In this document: in pieces, positions 38,879 through 47,429 of the stretch
Position numbering within the stretch: the first letter of the stretch is position 1
How the letters are laid out: every line of letters begins with the position of its first letter
Notes under the pieces: generated by a model
Databases searched by the model: none
What the model saw: only the letters and a program-made list of their open reading frames with translations
Told to the model about the DNA's origin: nothing
Translations under genes and position numbers: made by a program
DNA from: a virus
Virus record (IMG/VR): IMGVR_UViG_3300009514_000013
Location: 1-64,000 of that record
Length of the DNA stretch: 64,000 bases
Strand: one strand, 5' to 3'

Positions 38879-39762
38879 AAGGAAGGGCGATGAAACAATT
38901 GTATGACTTCTCGAATGATCGGAAGAGCGAATCCTTGATTGAGACAGTCAAGAAAGAATTTGAAGTGAAGAAACCAATCCTCGACCCACAAAAAGCTGCC
39001 GAGTATGCGAATGAGCACGGATTGCCTGTGCCGGGGCGGCGCAAACGACATGGTGGAACATTAGATGGATCGCCGTTCTTGATTCGGGAAATGAGGAACG
39101 GGAAGTTGTCCGACCGCAAATGGGTCAGTTGTAGTTCGTATGGGTATGGACATGCTTTTATGTTAGTCCCAACCGGAGAAACACGAAAATTGATGGAGCA
39201 AGAAGATGAGCCCAAAAACAAAGATACAAATCGCTCACGACATCAAGGAGGCAGCAGAAAGGCTGAAGAGTGCTTTGGTGAGTCTTCCAGCGAACAGTTT
39301 AGCGGTGGAGACCATAGAGGAACTAGTGCTAGCTGTGATTACAGCCAACCTAAAACTGCTCAAGCGTGCGACCAAACCTCAGCCCACGGAGTCAAGCCAA
39401 GAGGAGGATGGCGATGGTTAGAACTTGGTGAGTCATTGTCTGAACATGATCAACGTCGATGGTCAGCACAGAATCCAAACAAATGGGCTATGAAGAAAAA
39501 ACTCGACATGTTTGCGGATGAGTCTAGATGGCGCCGTCCCATCTTCGAAGGCAAAACAGATGTGGAACGCGCTATACTTGGTGAGATTCCAGACAAAAGG
39601 CGCCATAGGCCTGAATTAGCGGGTGTAGAGAGATGGTCTTGTCTCCGTCATGACAAGAGAGATGAAGACCATTGGCTTGCTTCAAATATCCCAGGAGCAC
39701 GTTCTGATTTCGATACAGCCGTTGGCTACGATTGTATGTACGGTGAAGAGTTCGAGGAATGA
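38875..39762 (+). CDS. hypothetical protein with nested alternative-frame ORF 39206-39421
   Basis: 295-aa ORF; middle third looks like the shadow of the nested ORF. Confidence 0.4.
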   Translation: MKGRAMKQLYDFSNDRKSESLIETVKKEFEVKKPILDPQKAAEYANEHGLPVPGRRKRHGGTLDGSPFLIREMRNGKLSDRKWVSCSSYGYGHAFMLVPTGETRKLMEQEDEPKNKDTNRSRHQGGSRKAEECFGESSSEQFSGGDHRGTSASCDYSQPKTAQACDQTSAHGVKPRGGWRWLELGESLSEHDQRRWSAQNPNKWAMKKKLDMFADESRWRRPIFEGKTDVERAILGEIPDKRRHRPELAGVERWSCLRHDKRDEDHWLASNIPGARSDFDTAVGYDCMYGEEFEE

Positions 39763-39852
39763 GAAGTATTGTGAAATTCGAATGGCTTGATGGTGATTGT
39801 TTTGGTCCGCGAACGATTATCCTTCGAGCTGGCAGCTCGAGGTCGAGGGTGA

Positions 39853-40047
39853 ATGATGGCTAAAAAGAAAAAGAAAAAGAACCACAAAGGCAAACAGAGC
39901 GTCTACCTTCCCGAACCGATTCTCAACGAGATCCGTTCCGAATCAGCAAGACAAGAGCGATCCATGTCATGGCTCATCCAGAAGTCTTGGGAGCTATCAA
40001 GGAAGAAGCTCATGTCACTGCAGGATATAGAGGTCCTGACGAAGTGA
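39853..40047 (+). CDS. ribbon-helix-helix protein, CdbA/CdbB-like (MXAN_4361/4362, TIGR04563 family)
   Basis: KQSVYLPE..LNEIRSESARQERSMSWLIQKSW matches remembered family pattern KQSLYFPE..L.EI..EA.RQDRSLSW.VQ.AW. Confidence 0.78.
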   Translation: MMAKKKKKKNHKGKQSVYLPEPILNEIRSESARQERSMSWLIQKSWELSRKKLMSLQDIEVLTK

Positions 40048-40314
40048 TCGGTCGTCTCCTCAGACTGAATGTCTTCATAGCTGCTATTTGGGTACCTTGG
40101 ATTGTTGGGAAAGTGGCGATTGAACACACTGGTTTGGATGTGACGAAGTTTCCATTTCCTGTACCTCAGACATGGGCTGTTGGCTTCGTATTCGTCGCTG
40201 GTACATTCTTAGTTGGATACCTTGTGTTGCGAATTATCGAATGGGTCTGGTACGGGGATATTCTTTGACACTTTTCTCCTTCACTTTCCCCGATCAATCA
40301 CTCACCATTTCTGA

Positions 40315-41340
40315 ATGAAGAAAATCCTAGTCCTAGGTGGTGGTCATCAAGGCAAGATCATCGCAAAAGAACTCGCACCTGATTTCGAAGTAATGGTTGG
40401 TGACATTTACGAGACCGTCTTACCAAACGTGGATCCTATATATCTTGATGTTACAGACACTGAGATGCTCAAGGACGAAGTCCTCGGATACGATCTCGTC
40501 ATTGGTGCTCTCCCATCGAAGTTCGGATACCAAGCTGTTAGAGCCGTCCTAGAGGTCGGTGTTCCAATGATAGACCTCTCGTTCTGTCCAGAAGATTTGA
40601 TGGAGTTAAATGGTCTAGCCAAAAAGAATGGCACCTTCCTCATTTCAGATTGTGGTCTCGCTCCAGGTCTCTCCAATCTCATTGTTGGCTACGAATTCAG
40701 CAAGAGAGAAGTAGAGAACATCAAGATCATGGTTGGTGGAGTGGCCAAAGACATCGATGCACCGTATGGGTACAAGGTCAGCTGGTCTGTTGATGACCTC
40801 TTAGAGGAATACACTAGACCTGCAAGGATTCGTATTGATGGAGAGAATGTCCAGATCCCAACGCTCACCAACTACGAGGTTGTAAACATCCCAGGAGTTG
40901 GAATCATGGAAGCGTTCTGCACCGACGGTCTCCGATCACTACTGCGAATTCACGGCCCTAAGAACCTCGTTGAGAAGACTCTCAGGTGGAGAGGTCATGT
41001 TGACCAGATCAAGCCACTGATACGTGATGGAACGTTCGTAGAGACCATCACAAGAGAATGCCAGAATGGTGAGGATCTCGTGGTGATGAGGATCGAGATG
41101 GATGATGATGTCATTCAGACAGTCATCAAGGCATCTGATGGAATCTCCGCTATGTCTCGTGGAACAGCTCTCACTACAGCGATGACAGCTAGGTTGGTTC
41201 TGGAAGATGATGTGTTTGTGAATTCGAAAGGAGTCTACTTCATGGAAGACTTCTTACCAGAAGAGTCGATGAAGTTGTTAGAGATGTTGGAGACTCGAGC
41301 TGGGGTAGCGTTCAATTGGTTCAAGAAAGGAGAAGAGTAA
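40315..41340 (+). CDS. saccharopine dehydrogenase / lysine 6-dehydrogenase-like oxidoreductase
   Basis: LVLGGGHQG Rossmann, DCGLAPGLSN, WSVDDLLEEY, EKTLRWRGH, AMSRGT. Confidence 0.85.
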   Translation: MKKILVLGGGHQGKIIAKELAPDFEVMVGDIYETVLPNVDPIYLDVTDTEMLKDEVLGYDLVIGALPSKFGYQAVRAVLEVGVPMIDLSFCPEDLMELNGLAKKNGTFLISDCGLAPGLSNLIVGYEFSKREVENIKIMVGGVAKDIDAPYGYKVSWSVDDLLEEYTRPARIRIDGENVQIPTLTNYEVVNIPGVGIMEAFCTDGLRSLLRIHGPKNLVEKTLRWRGHVDQIKPLIRDGTFVETITRECQNGEDLVVMRIEMDDDVIQTVIKASDGISAMSRGTALTTAMTARLVLEDDVFVNSKGVYFMEDFLPEESMKLLEMLETRAGVAFNWFKKGEE

Positions 41341-41388
41341 TCGCGACAAAACACTGTCACGATTCTGTCGCGATTCTGTCACGATTCT
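41339..41388. repeat. three tandem 11-bp repeats CTGTCRCGATT plus one inverted copy
   Basis: copies at 41354, 41365, 41376; inverted AATCGCGACA at 41339. Confidence 0.8.
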
Positions 41389-41423
41389 AGTCAATCGGCT
41401 GGGTTAAGAAAGGAGAGGGGTGA

Positions 41424-41654
41424 GTGAAAAAGGCATGGAATGTTATCGTAAGAAACGTGGTAGGTGGTCTGGTTGGCTACGGAGCACTCTCAGCATCAAA
41501 TGACTTCATGGGTATCTTCTTCCCGAAAGTGGAGTCGAGGACTTTCGCTTATGTGGTTGGGGTTGGTATCGGTTTGGTCTTTTTCGTCATATGTATGAAA
41601 CCGATCGTGGATTTGGAAGCTAATCAATCCACATCGGATCCAAGTAGAGAGTGA
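41424..41654 (+). CDS. small membrane protein
   Basis: two TM segments; AGGAG RBS. Confidence 0.55.
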   Translation: MKKAWNVIVRNVVGGLVGYGALSASNDFMGIFFPKVESRTFAYVVGVGIGLVFFVICMKPIVDLEANQSTSDPSRE

Positions 41655-41895
41655 GTTCATCGACGTTCAGCTTGCTCACTGGTTTCCCATCTCGAATCTC
41701 TTCGTTCTGAAACTTCTCTTGAATGAACTGACGAGCTGCTTCCAAGATCTCGTCACACTTCGGTGGTTCTTCCCAGATATTCAGGCACTTCTTGCACAGT
41801 GGAGTAATCACTTTTGACTTGTCGAGAGTGTAGGTCCCAAGAGAGGTCTGGCATTGCATGCATTCGATTTCGATGAGTGGTTGTGTGTGACTCAT
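41620..41895 (-). CDS. small zinc-finger protein, lone leftward gene
   Basis: CMQC, CKKC. Confidence 0.5.
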   Translation of the reverse strand: MSHTQPLIEIECMQCQTSLGTYTLDKSKVITPLCKKCLNIWEEPPKCDEILEAARQFIQEKFQNEEIRDGKPVSKLNVDELTLYLDPMWID

Positions 41896-41916
41896 GCGGT
41901 GAGTATACGCCAGTAC

Positions 41917-41932
41917 GTTAAAGTGCTTTAAC
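41917..41932. promoter_or_regulatory. 16-bp palindromic site GTTAAA-GTGC-TTTAAC
   Basis: in a divergent intergenic gap. Confidence 0.6.
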
Positions 41933-42005
41933 ACAGGGAATGCCCTCTTCAGATTTCTGTTGACCTCTGTTGAACGGGTGGATCATGCTTTCGAGTGTGG
42001 GTGAA

Positions 42006-42212
42006 ATGAAGAAATTGAAATCGCTTAGGTACTCGCTTGGCTCCTCGCTTTACTACTCGCTTTACTCCTCGCTTGAGGACTCGCTTAGGCACTCGCCTAG
42101 GTACTCGCCTTGGTCCTCGTTTAGCTCCTCGCTTTACTCCCCGCTTTGGTTCTCGCTTTGGTCCTCGCTTAGGTTCTCGCTTTGGTCCCAAATGTGTTTA
42201 ACAAAGGAATAA
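42006..42212 (+). CDS. SLxx repeat microprotein 8 (about 14 units, several variant)
   Basis: MKKLK-(SLxx)n; TTGACC-N18-CATGCT at 41960-41989 upstream. Confidence 0.68.
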   Translation: MKKLKSLRYSLGSSLYYSLYSSLEDSLRHSPRYSPWSSFSSSLYSPLWFSLWSSLRFSLWSQMCLTKE

Positions 42213-42216
42213 ACCA

Positions 42217-42561
42217 ATGACAGAAGGAACAGAACTGTTTGAAAGCGTAATCCATCACTTCTCAGAGCAAGTGAATGAGCTTGCTAAGGAGAAAGGTTGG
42301 TGGGAAGAAGATCGCAACGACGGAGAGATGATTGCTCTCATCCATAGCGAATTGTCAGAAGCTCTTGAAGCTCTCAGGCATGGCAACCCACCAAGTGAGA
42401 AGATTCCAGAGTTCAGCCAAGTCGAAGAAGAACTCGCTGATGTTCTCATCCGCATCTTTGATTTCGCCTACACCCGTGGATGGAACCTAGGTGAAGCTGT
42501 TGTGGCCAAGCATGACTACAACCAGAGTCGGCCATACAAACATGGCGGAAAGAAGTTCTAG
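42217..42561 (+). CDS. MazG-like nucleotide pyrophosphohydrolase
   Basis: LIHSELSEALE, EEELADVLIR, N..RPYKHG. Confidence 0.85.
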   Translation: MTEGTELFESVIHHFSEQVNELAKEKGWWEEDRNDGEMIALIHSELSEALEALRHGNPPSEKIPEFSQVEEELADVLIRIFDFAYTRGWNLGEAVVAKHDYNQSRPYKHGGKKF

Positions 42562-42712
42562 ATGAAACTGGTAAAGATTTCGACTCAAGGTTGGTCGGTG
42601 AAAACGGAACTACCGGTAAAGATCCGATCTCTAGCTTCTTTTCTAAGACATTCGATAGCGTGGTCATTTGGATTCAACGAAGAAGATGAGTTAGTCGAAA
42701 GAGGTAGGATCA

Positions 42713-42916
42713 GTGAGTGAAACAACAACGGTGTTTGAAGTCGAATGCATAGCTGAGACTGAGAAAGCAATCCTAGTCACTGACAATGCAGGTTTTGAAG
42801 AATGGATTCCAAAGAGCCAGATTCATGATGATTCTGAAGTGTACAAAGAAGGCACCTCAGGAGATCTCGTGGTCAAGACTTGGATGGCGAAGAAACTCGG
42901 ATTGGATACGGAATGA
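42713..42916 (+). CDS. small conserved phage protein
   Basis: ETEKAILV..WIPKSQI motif. Confidence 0.6.
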   Translation: MSETTTVFEVECIAETEKAILVTDNAGFEEWIPKSQIHDDSEVYKEGTSGDLVVKTWMAKKLGLDTE

Positions 42917-43122
42917 GAATGATCGAGTTCAGTCCGAATCGCATGTACTCTGCGCCAAAAGCTTCTCTTCGATACAGGTTACAAACCGAAGTTATAAACT
43001 TCTTTTGGCCTTACTCGCCTTTAGAGTTTGAACCTATTCAACTTGGGCTGATCTCTTCTCTAACTTCAATTACACATTGCGTAAGACAAGAGCTTGAAGT
43101 AAGGAGCACCCATGACAAGTGA
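42913..43122 (+). CDS. small ORF, possibly degenerate SLxx-like
   Basis: ASLRYRL..SPLEF..SSL..QELE; ATGA coupling. Confidence 0.35.
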   Translation: MRMIEFSPNRMYSAPKASLRYRLQTEVINFFWPYSPLEFEPIQLGLISSLTSITHCVRQELEVRSTHDK

Positions 43123-43645
43123 CAGAAGTTGGTTCCAGACCTACACTGCAAAAGTATTCAGGCCCAAGGAACCCGAATCAGAACTTGTGTGTATCGAAGA
43201 CATCGCCCATCACCTATCGAATATTTGCCGCTACAACGGAGCATGCCGATCGTTCTACTCAGTAGCTCAGCACTCAGTTCTCGTCTCAAGGATTGTTCCG
43301 AGAGAAGATGCACTTTGGGGATTGCTTCATGATGCAGGTGAAGCTTACATAGGTGACATGGTCCGGCCTCTGAAGATCCACATGCTGGAGTTCCAGAAAG
43401 TAGAAGAAGGAGTCATGAAAGCTGTGTGTGAACGCTTTGGACTCAATCCAAAGCAACCTGCATCGGTGACCAAAGCTGACATGACTATCCTTGCAACAGA
43501 AAAGAGAGATCTCTGTAGAGAAGCTCCGATTCCATGGGGTATTGAGCACATCGCTCCAATCACAACAACGATCAGTCCATGGCCACCGCAGAAAGCAAAA
43601 GAGATCTTTTTAGAAGAGTTCCGGAATCTATTTGAGGGAGAGTGA
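43112..43645 (+). CDS. HD-domain phosphohydrolase (5'-deoxynucleotidase-like)
   Basis: IEDIAHHLS..CRYNG, YSVAQHS, LLHDAGEAY..D. Confidence 0.87.
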   Translation: MTSDRSWFQTYTAKVFRPKEPESELVCIEDIAHHLSNICRYNGACRSFYSVAQHSVLVSRIVPREDALWGLLHDAGEAYIGDMVRPLKIHMLEFQKVEEGVMKAVCERFGLNPKQPASVTKADMTILATEKRDLCREAPIPWGIEHIAPITTTISPWPPQKAKEIFLEEFRNLFEGE

Positions 43646-44070
43646 TGACATTGGTAATGGGAAGTCGAACAACACCTGGTCTGCTTGAAGAAGTGAAAGA
43701 GAAGAAGTCTGAACGGAAGTGGGAGAAGCCATCCGGCGAACAAGCTGTTCAGTATGATGAGGGAAAACTTCGGTATGATCTGATTTCTCGATTTGCTCTC
43801 CGTGAAGTTGTCAGAGGAGCTACGTTTGGAGCAAACAGCAAGTATGACGACTGGAATTTCCTTAAAGGAAAAGGGTTGTCAGTCTCAGCTCAGTTGGCTT
43901 CTATCGAACGCCATTTCAACAAAATCATGATGGGAAATGACATCGATGAAGAGTCTAAGGTTCACCATCTTGGGCTGATTGCGCTGCGGGCGATGATGGC
44001 TTACGAGACTCTGATGTTTCACCCAGAACAAGATGATCGCTTCTACAAGAACAACAAGCCGAAGAAATGA
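43642..44070 (+). CDS. DUF5664 / dATP-dGTP diphosphohydrolase-like protein
   Basis: YDEGKLRYDLI, FGA..KY..WN, D.DEESKVHHL. Confidence 0.78.
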   Translation: MMTLVMGSRTTPGLLEEVKEKKSERKWEKPSGEQAVQYDEGKLRYDLISRFALREVVRGATFGANSKYDDWNFLKGKGLSVSAQLASIERHFNKIMMGNDIDEESKVHHLGLIALRAMMAYETLMFHPEQDDRFYKNNKPKK

Positions 44071-44104
44071 ACGCCATCCAACAACTGCTCTTTAGTCAAG
44101 TAGA

Positions 44105-45970
44105 ATGTCGAATGCACAAGAACTATTTGAGAATCTCATCCTCACCGAAACTGATCTCTCTGGATTAGCCGCAACCATCGCTGTCCTCGCTTCTCCTAGC
44201 GATCGAGGTTCTGCACTTACTCGCATCTATATTGGTGTCGACTACTGCAACAAGCTCCTCAATCAACTTCTCCAATTGACAGATCAAGAGCTTCCATTCC
44301 GAGACAAGTTCTTGAAACTTAGTGATGTGTACCAACGGCGTTTGAGTGCTCTTGAAGAGATCGGAAATCAAAGTCGTATACCTACGGTTGGAGCTATGAC
44401 TACCGTTTCTTGGGTTGTTGAACTGGTTGATGAACCACTCCGTGAGATTGTTGATGGGTTGAAGACACTGGCAGCGATTTCATCAATCGAGAACTTCTTG
44501 CGTTGGTGTCTGCTCAGAGTGTGATAAGTTCGAAATTGAAATGACCAAGTGCGTTGGCTGCGAATGGCCATCAGGTTGTAAAGCTCAATTCAACCCACCC
44601 AAAATCATGATCCGGAATCGTTATCGGTACTTGTGCAAAGCTCATGTTCAGATAGCCGAAAGAGATCCGATCTCAACAGCAGAAACTTTCTGGGCGCTCG
44701 ACAATTGGAAACCGAAAGATATGGTTTGTCCGCTCTGTGATGGTCCGTTGATGACTACTGGCGTCTGTGTGAGTTGTGACGAACTCCTAGTCAGACGGGA
44801 AATAGCTGGTCTTTTTGACAAGTTGGTGACTGAAGAGGTTCCTGATGAGGACGACGAATCCTCAGAAGCTGCCTAGGTTAAAGCGATTTAACACATGGAG
44901 AACACCGACGAGATTCGTATCCATCTCACCACCCTGGTGCAGAACGCTGCGAGAGCCTGCAAAATAGCCGGTCTCGAGCATGAATTCAGAAAGCTGTCCC
45001 AAGTCCAGGTAGATTTCAAAACCCGCCTAGCGTGCGTTTTCAAAGCTGTCAGGCTGGTGGAGACTTCCATCTTGGTGAATTGGGGTAAATCGCTCATGAC
45101 CCCAGGTTTTTCTGGCCTAGCCGCGGAATCTATTGCTATCGTTCGATTAGGGGCTATCACTGCTCTCACGGAGGCTGATGTAGATGTCAAAAGGAAATGG
45201 ATCCAAGAACTGGTCAACCGTTCCGACTGTAAAGTTCTCTCCTACTCGAAAGAAGGAACTTGAGAAGCTATTCGAAGAACGTGTCGAACAGTACCTGGGT
45301 GATCCGACGATCAAAGAATTGGTGCAACGATACAGAAAGAAGATCGATCTACAAGAAGAGATCTTCGCATCTCCAATTGATGTTCATGAAGCTTTCGACG
45401 CGGTAGTTGTTGCCCACTGCTTCGCAGATCACGAACCAGTTGACCTAGCGAAGAAGGTTGAAAGTAACCTAGTTATGGTTCGTGCGATGTGTCGCCACTA
45501 CAAGAAACTTGCTGACATCTGGAAAGAGAACTGTGATGCTCTTTGCGAATTGGTGAAAAATGACGACGTTTGAAGAGAAGTACCCAAATGTGAAACCAGC
45601 TCCTCTTCTTTCGGATAGCGATCGAAATAGGTGGATCGTAGAAAAAGAACCACAGAAGGTAGAGACAGAAGATCTCGTTGTAGAGGAGAAAAAGGCTGAA
45701 CCTGTTGTTGATCGATGGGCGAAGATTGGCAAACTCTCTCTCAATCTCGACGGGATCGGTGGTACAGTTCCAGAACTTCTCTTGCTCCTCATTGCAGAAG
45801 TTAGAGAGTTGGTGATGCAACCAAAACAAGAAACAGTTGCTTCAGTGGTTCAATCCAGACCGGATTTGCAGAATGCTTTGAAAGACAGCATCGGAGAGAT
45901 TCAAAAGATGATGGGTGCTCTCAACCGAGGTAAGCCAGGAACTCCATTGAAGAAGGTGAATGGAGAATGA
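44105..45970 (+). CDS. run of five hypothetical ORFs (44105-44524, 44541-44876, 44895-45263, about 45184-45573, 45560-45970)
   Basis: tile the strand with short gaps or overlaps; 44541 has CxxC pairs. Confidence 0.5.
44877..44892. promoter_or_regulatory. 16-bp palindromic site GTTAAA-GCGA-TTTAAC
   Basis: fills the gap between a TAG and the ATG at 44895. Confidence 0.65.
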
Positions 45971-46167
45971 AGAAGGTTGAAATGAAACCTCTTGGCTCCT
46001 CGCTTTGGTTCTCGCTTGAGGACTCGCTTGAGGACTCGCTTGAGTTCTCGCTTGAGGACTCGCTTGAGGACTCGCTTAAGGACTCGCTTTGGTCCTCGCT
46101 TGGCTCCTCGCTTTACTCCTCGCTTGGCTCCTCGCTTTGGTTCTCGCTTAGAGAGGAGTTGAAGTAG
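45967..46167 (+). CDS. SLxx repeat microprotein 9 (about 14 units)
   Basis: MKKVEMK-PLGS-(SLxx)n-ELK; GGAG RBS, ATGA overlap. Confidence 0.72.
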   Translation: MKKVEMKPLGSSLWFSLEDSLEDSLEFSLEDSLEDSLKDSLWSSLGSSLYSSLGSSLWFSLREELK

Positions 46168-46621
46168 TGATTCCTAAACCATCTCCATGGTCCAAGTGGG
46201 TTGTTAAATCTCTACAGATTGTAGGTGGAACCTTCTTGGGGTCTCTCATAAGCATGTTGGCAAGCAACTTCTTCCCTATATCACCGGGATTTCTACTTCT
46301 TTTGTATGGTCTCTCATGCTCCTGGGGTGTCGTCTTCATCACCGACCTCATGATTTTCTGGTCAAAACGTAAAAAGTCCTGATAAGGAAGAACGTAATGA
46401 AAAATGAACACCAAGCTGTCGTACTAGCAATGGCTCAGCACATTTACAAAGATCTTGTCGCCAAGAACATCACTAGTGAAGTGATGACGGATCCACCAGA
46501 AGGAGAAAAAGCTGACCAACTTGCCGACGCTCTAGGCAACGCAGCTGTCTTCTCAATCCAGGCTGCTGAGATCTTCCTCGCATCAGCAGAAGGTTGGTTT
46601 GGTGACGAAGAGGGTAAGTAA
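46167..46621 (+). CDS. two small ORFs (46167-46382 membrane protein; 46397-46621 hypothetical)
   Basis: hydrophobic segments; coupling; AAGGA RBS. Confidence 0.5.
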
Positions 46622-47421
46622 TGGCTGTTGCTCTCATTAAAGAAGACATTGATCGTTGGTTCGAATATGGAGTCTACCCGCGAACAAGGACGATCTACTT
46701 AGGTGGTATTCATGGATACGATCATGGTGAAGATGAAGACCATTTGGGTGAGTCTGGGATCTATTGGAACACCGCACGACGGATGATTCAGAGCCTACAC
46801 TTACTTGATAGCAACATTGATCAACCTATTACTGTTGTGATGAATAGCGTTGGTGGTGACTGGCAGCATGGAATGGCAATCTACGATGCGATTCGTTTGT
46901 CAAAATGTCATATAACGATCATTAACATGTCTCATGCTCGTTCCATGACGAGTTTGATTTTCCAAGCAGCCGATCTGCGCATCATTGCACCGAACGGCTA
47001 TTACATGATTCACGATGGGACCAGTGGATTTGGAGGTATCCCAAGATCAGCTATCAACTGGATACAGTACGAAAAAGATGTGATCTTGCCAAAGATGTAC
47101 AGTATTTATTTGGAACGTATCAAAGAGGTGGATGGTAAAGGGGAGTACAAAGTTGACATCCACGAAGCAGCTGAGATTTTGAATTCGAAAATCCCAGATG
47201 GTTCAAAGCGAATTCTTCCATCGAGAGGGATTGAAGGTATCAAACTCTCTCATATTCAAGCTCTTTGTTCTCAAGATACGATCTTCACACCTACGGAAAT
47301 GATCCGACTTAACTTTGTTGATCGGATGATGGAAACTGGTGATCTTGTGGGGGCTTATGTGAATCCGAAGATGCATGGTCTTCCGACAGGATTGGAGAGT
47401 CTTCAAGATGAAGACGAATAG
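46621..47421 (+). CDS. ClpP-like protease
   Basis: RTIYL, MNSVGG, AIYD, ARSMTSLI, YMIHD. Confidence 0.8.
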   Translation: MAVALIKEDIDRWFEYGVYPRTRTIYLGGIHGYDHGEDEDHLGESGIYWNTARRMIQSLHLLDSNIDQPITVVMNSVGGDWQHGMAIYDAIRLSKCHITIINMSHARSMTSLIFQAADLRIIAPNGYYMIHDGTSGFGGIPRSAINWIQYEKDVILPKMYSIYLERIKEVDGKGEYKVDIHEAAEILNSKIPDGSKRILPSRGIEGIKLSHIQALCSQDTIFTPTEMIRLNFVDRMMETGDLVGAYVNPKMHGLPTGLESLQDEDE

Positions 47422-47429
47422 GACTGCTT

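Noticed and set aside
3891-46167. Arrays as targets of a diversity-generating retroelement
   Set aside because: No reverse transcriptase or template/variable pair in the window; variation is unit order, not adenine-specific mutagenesis
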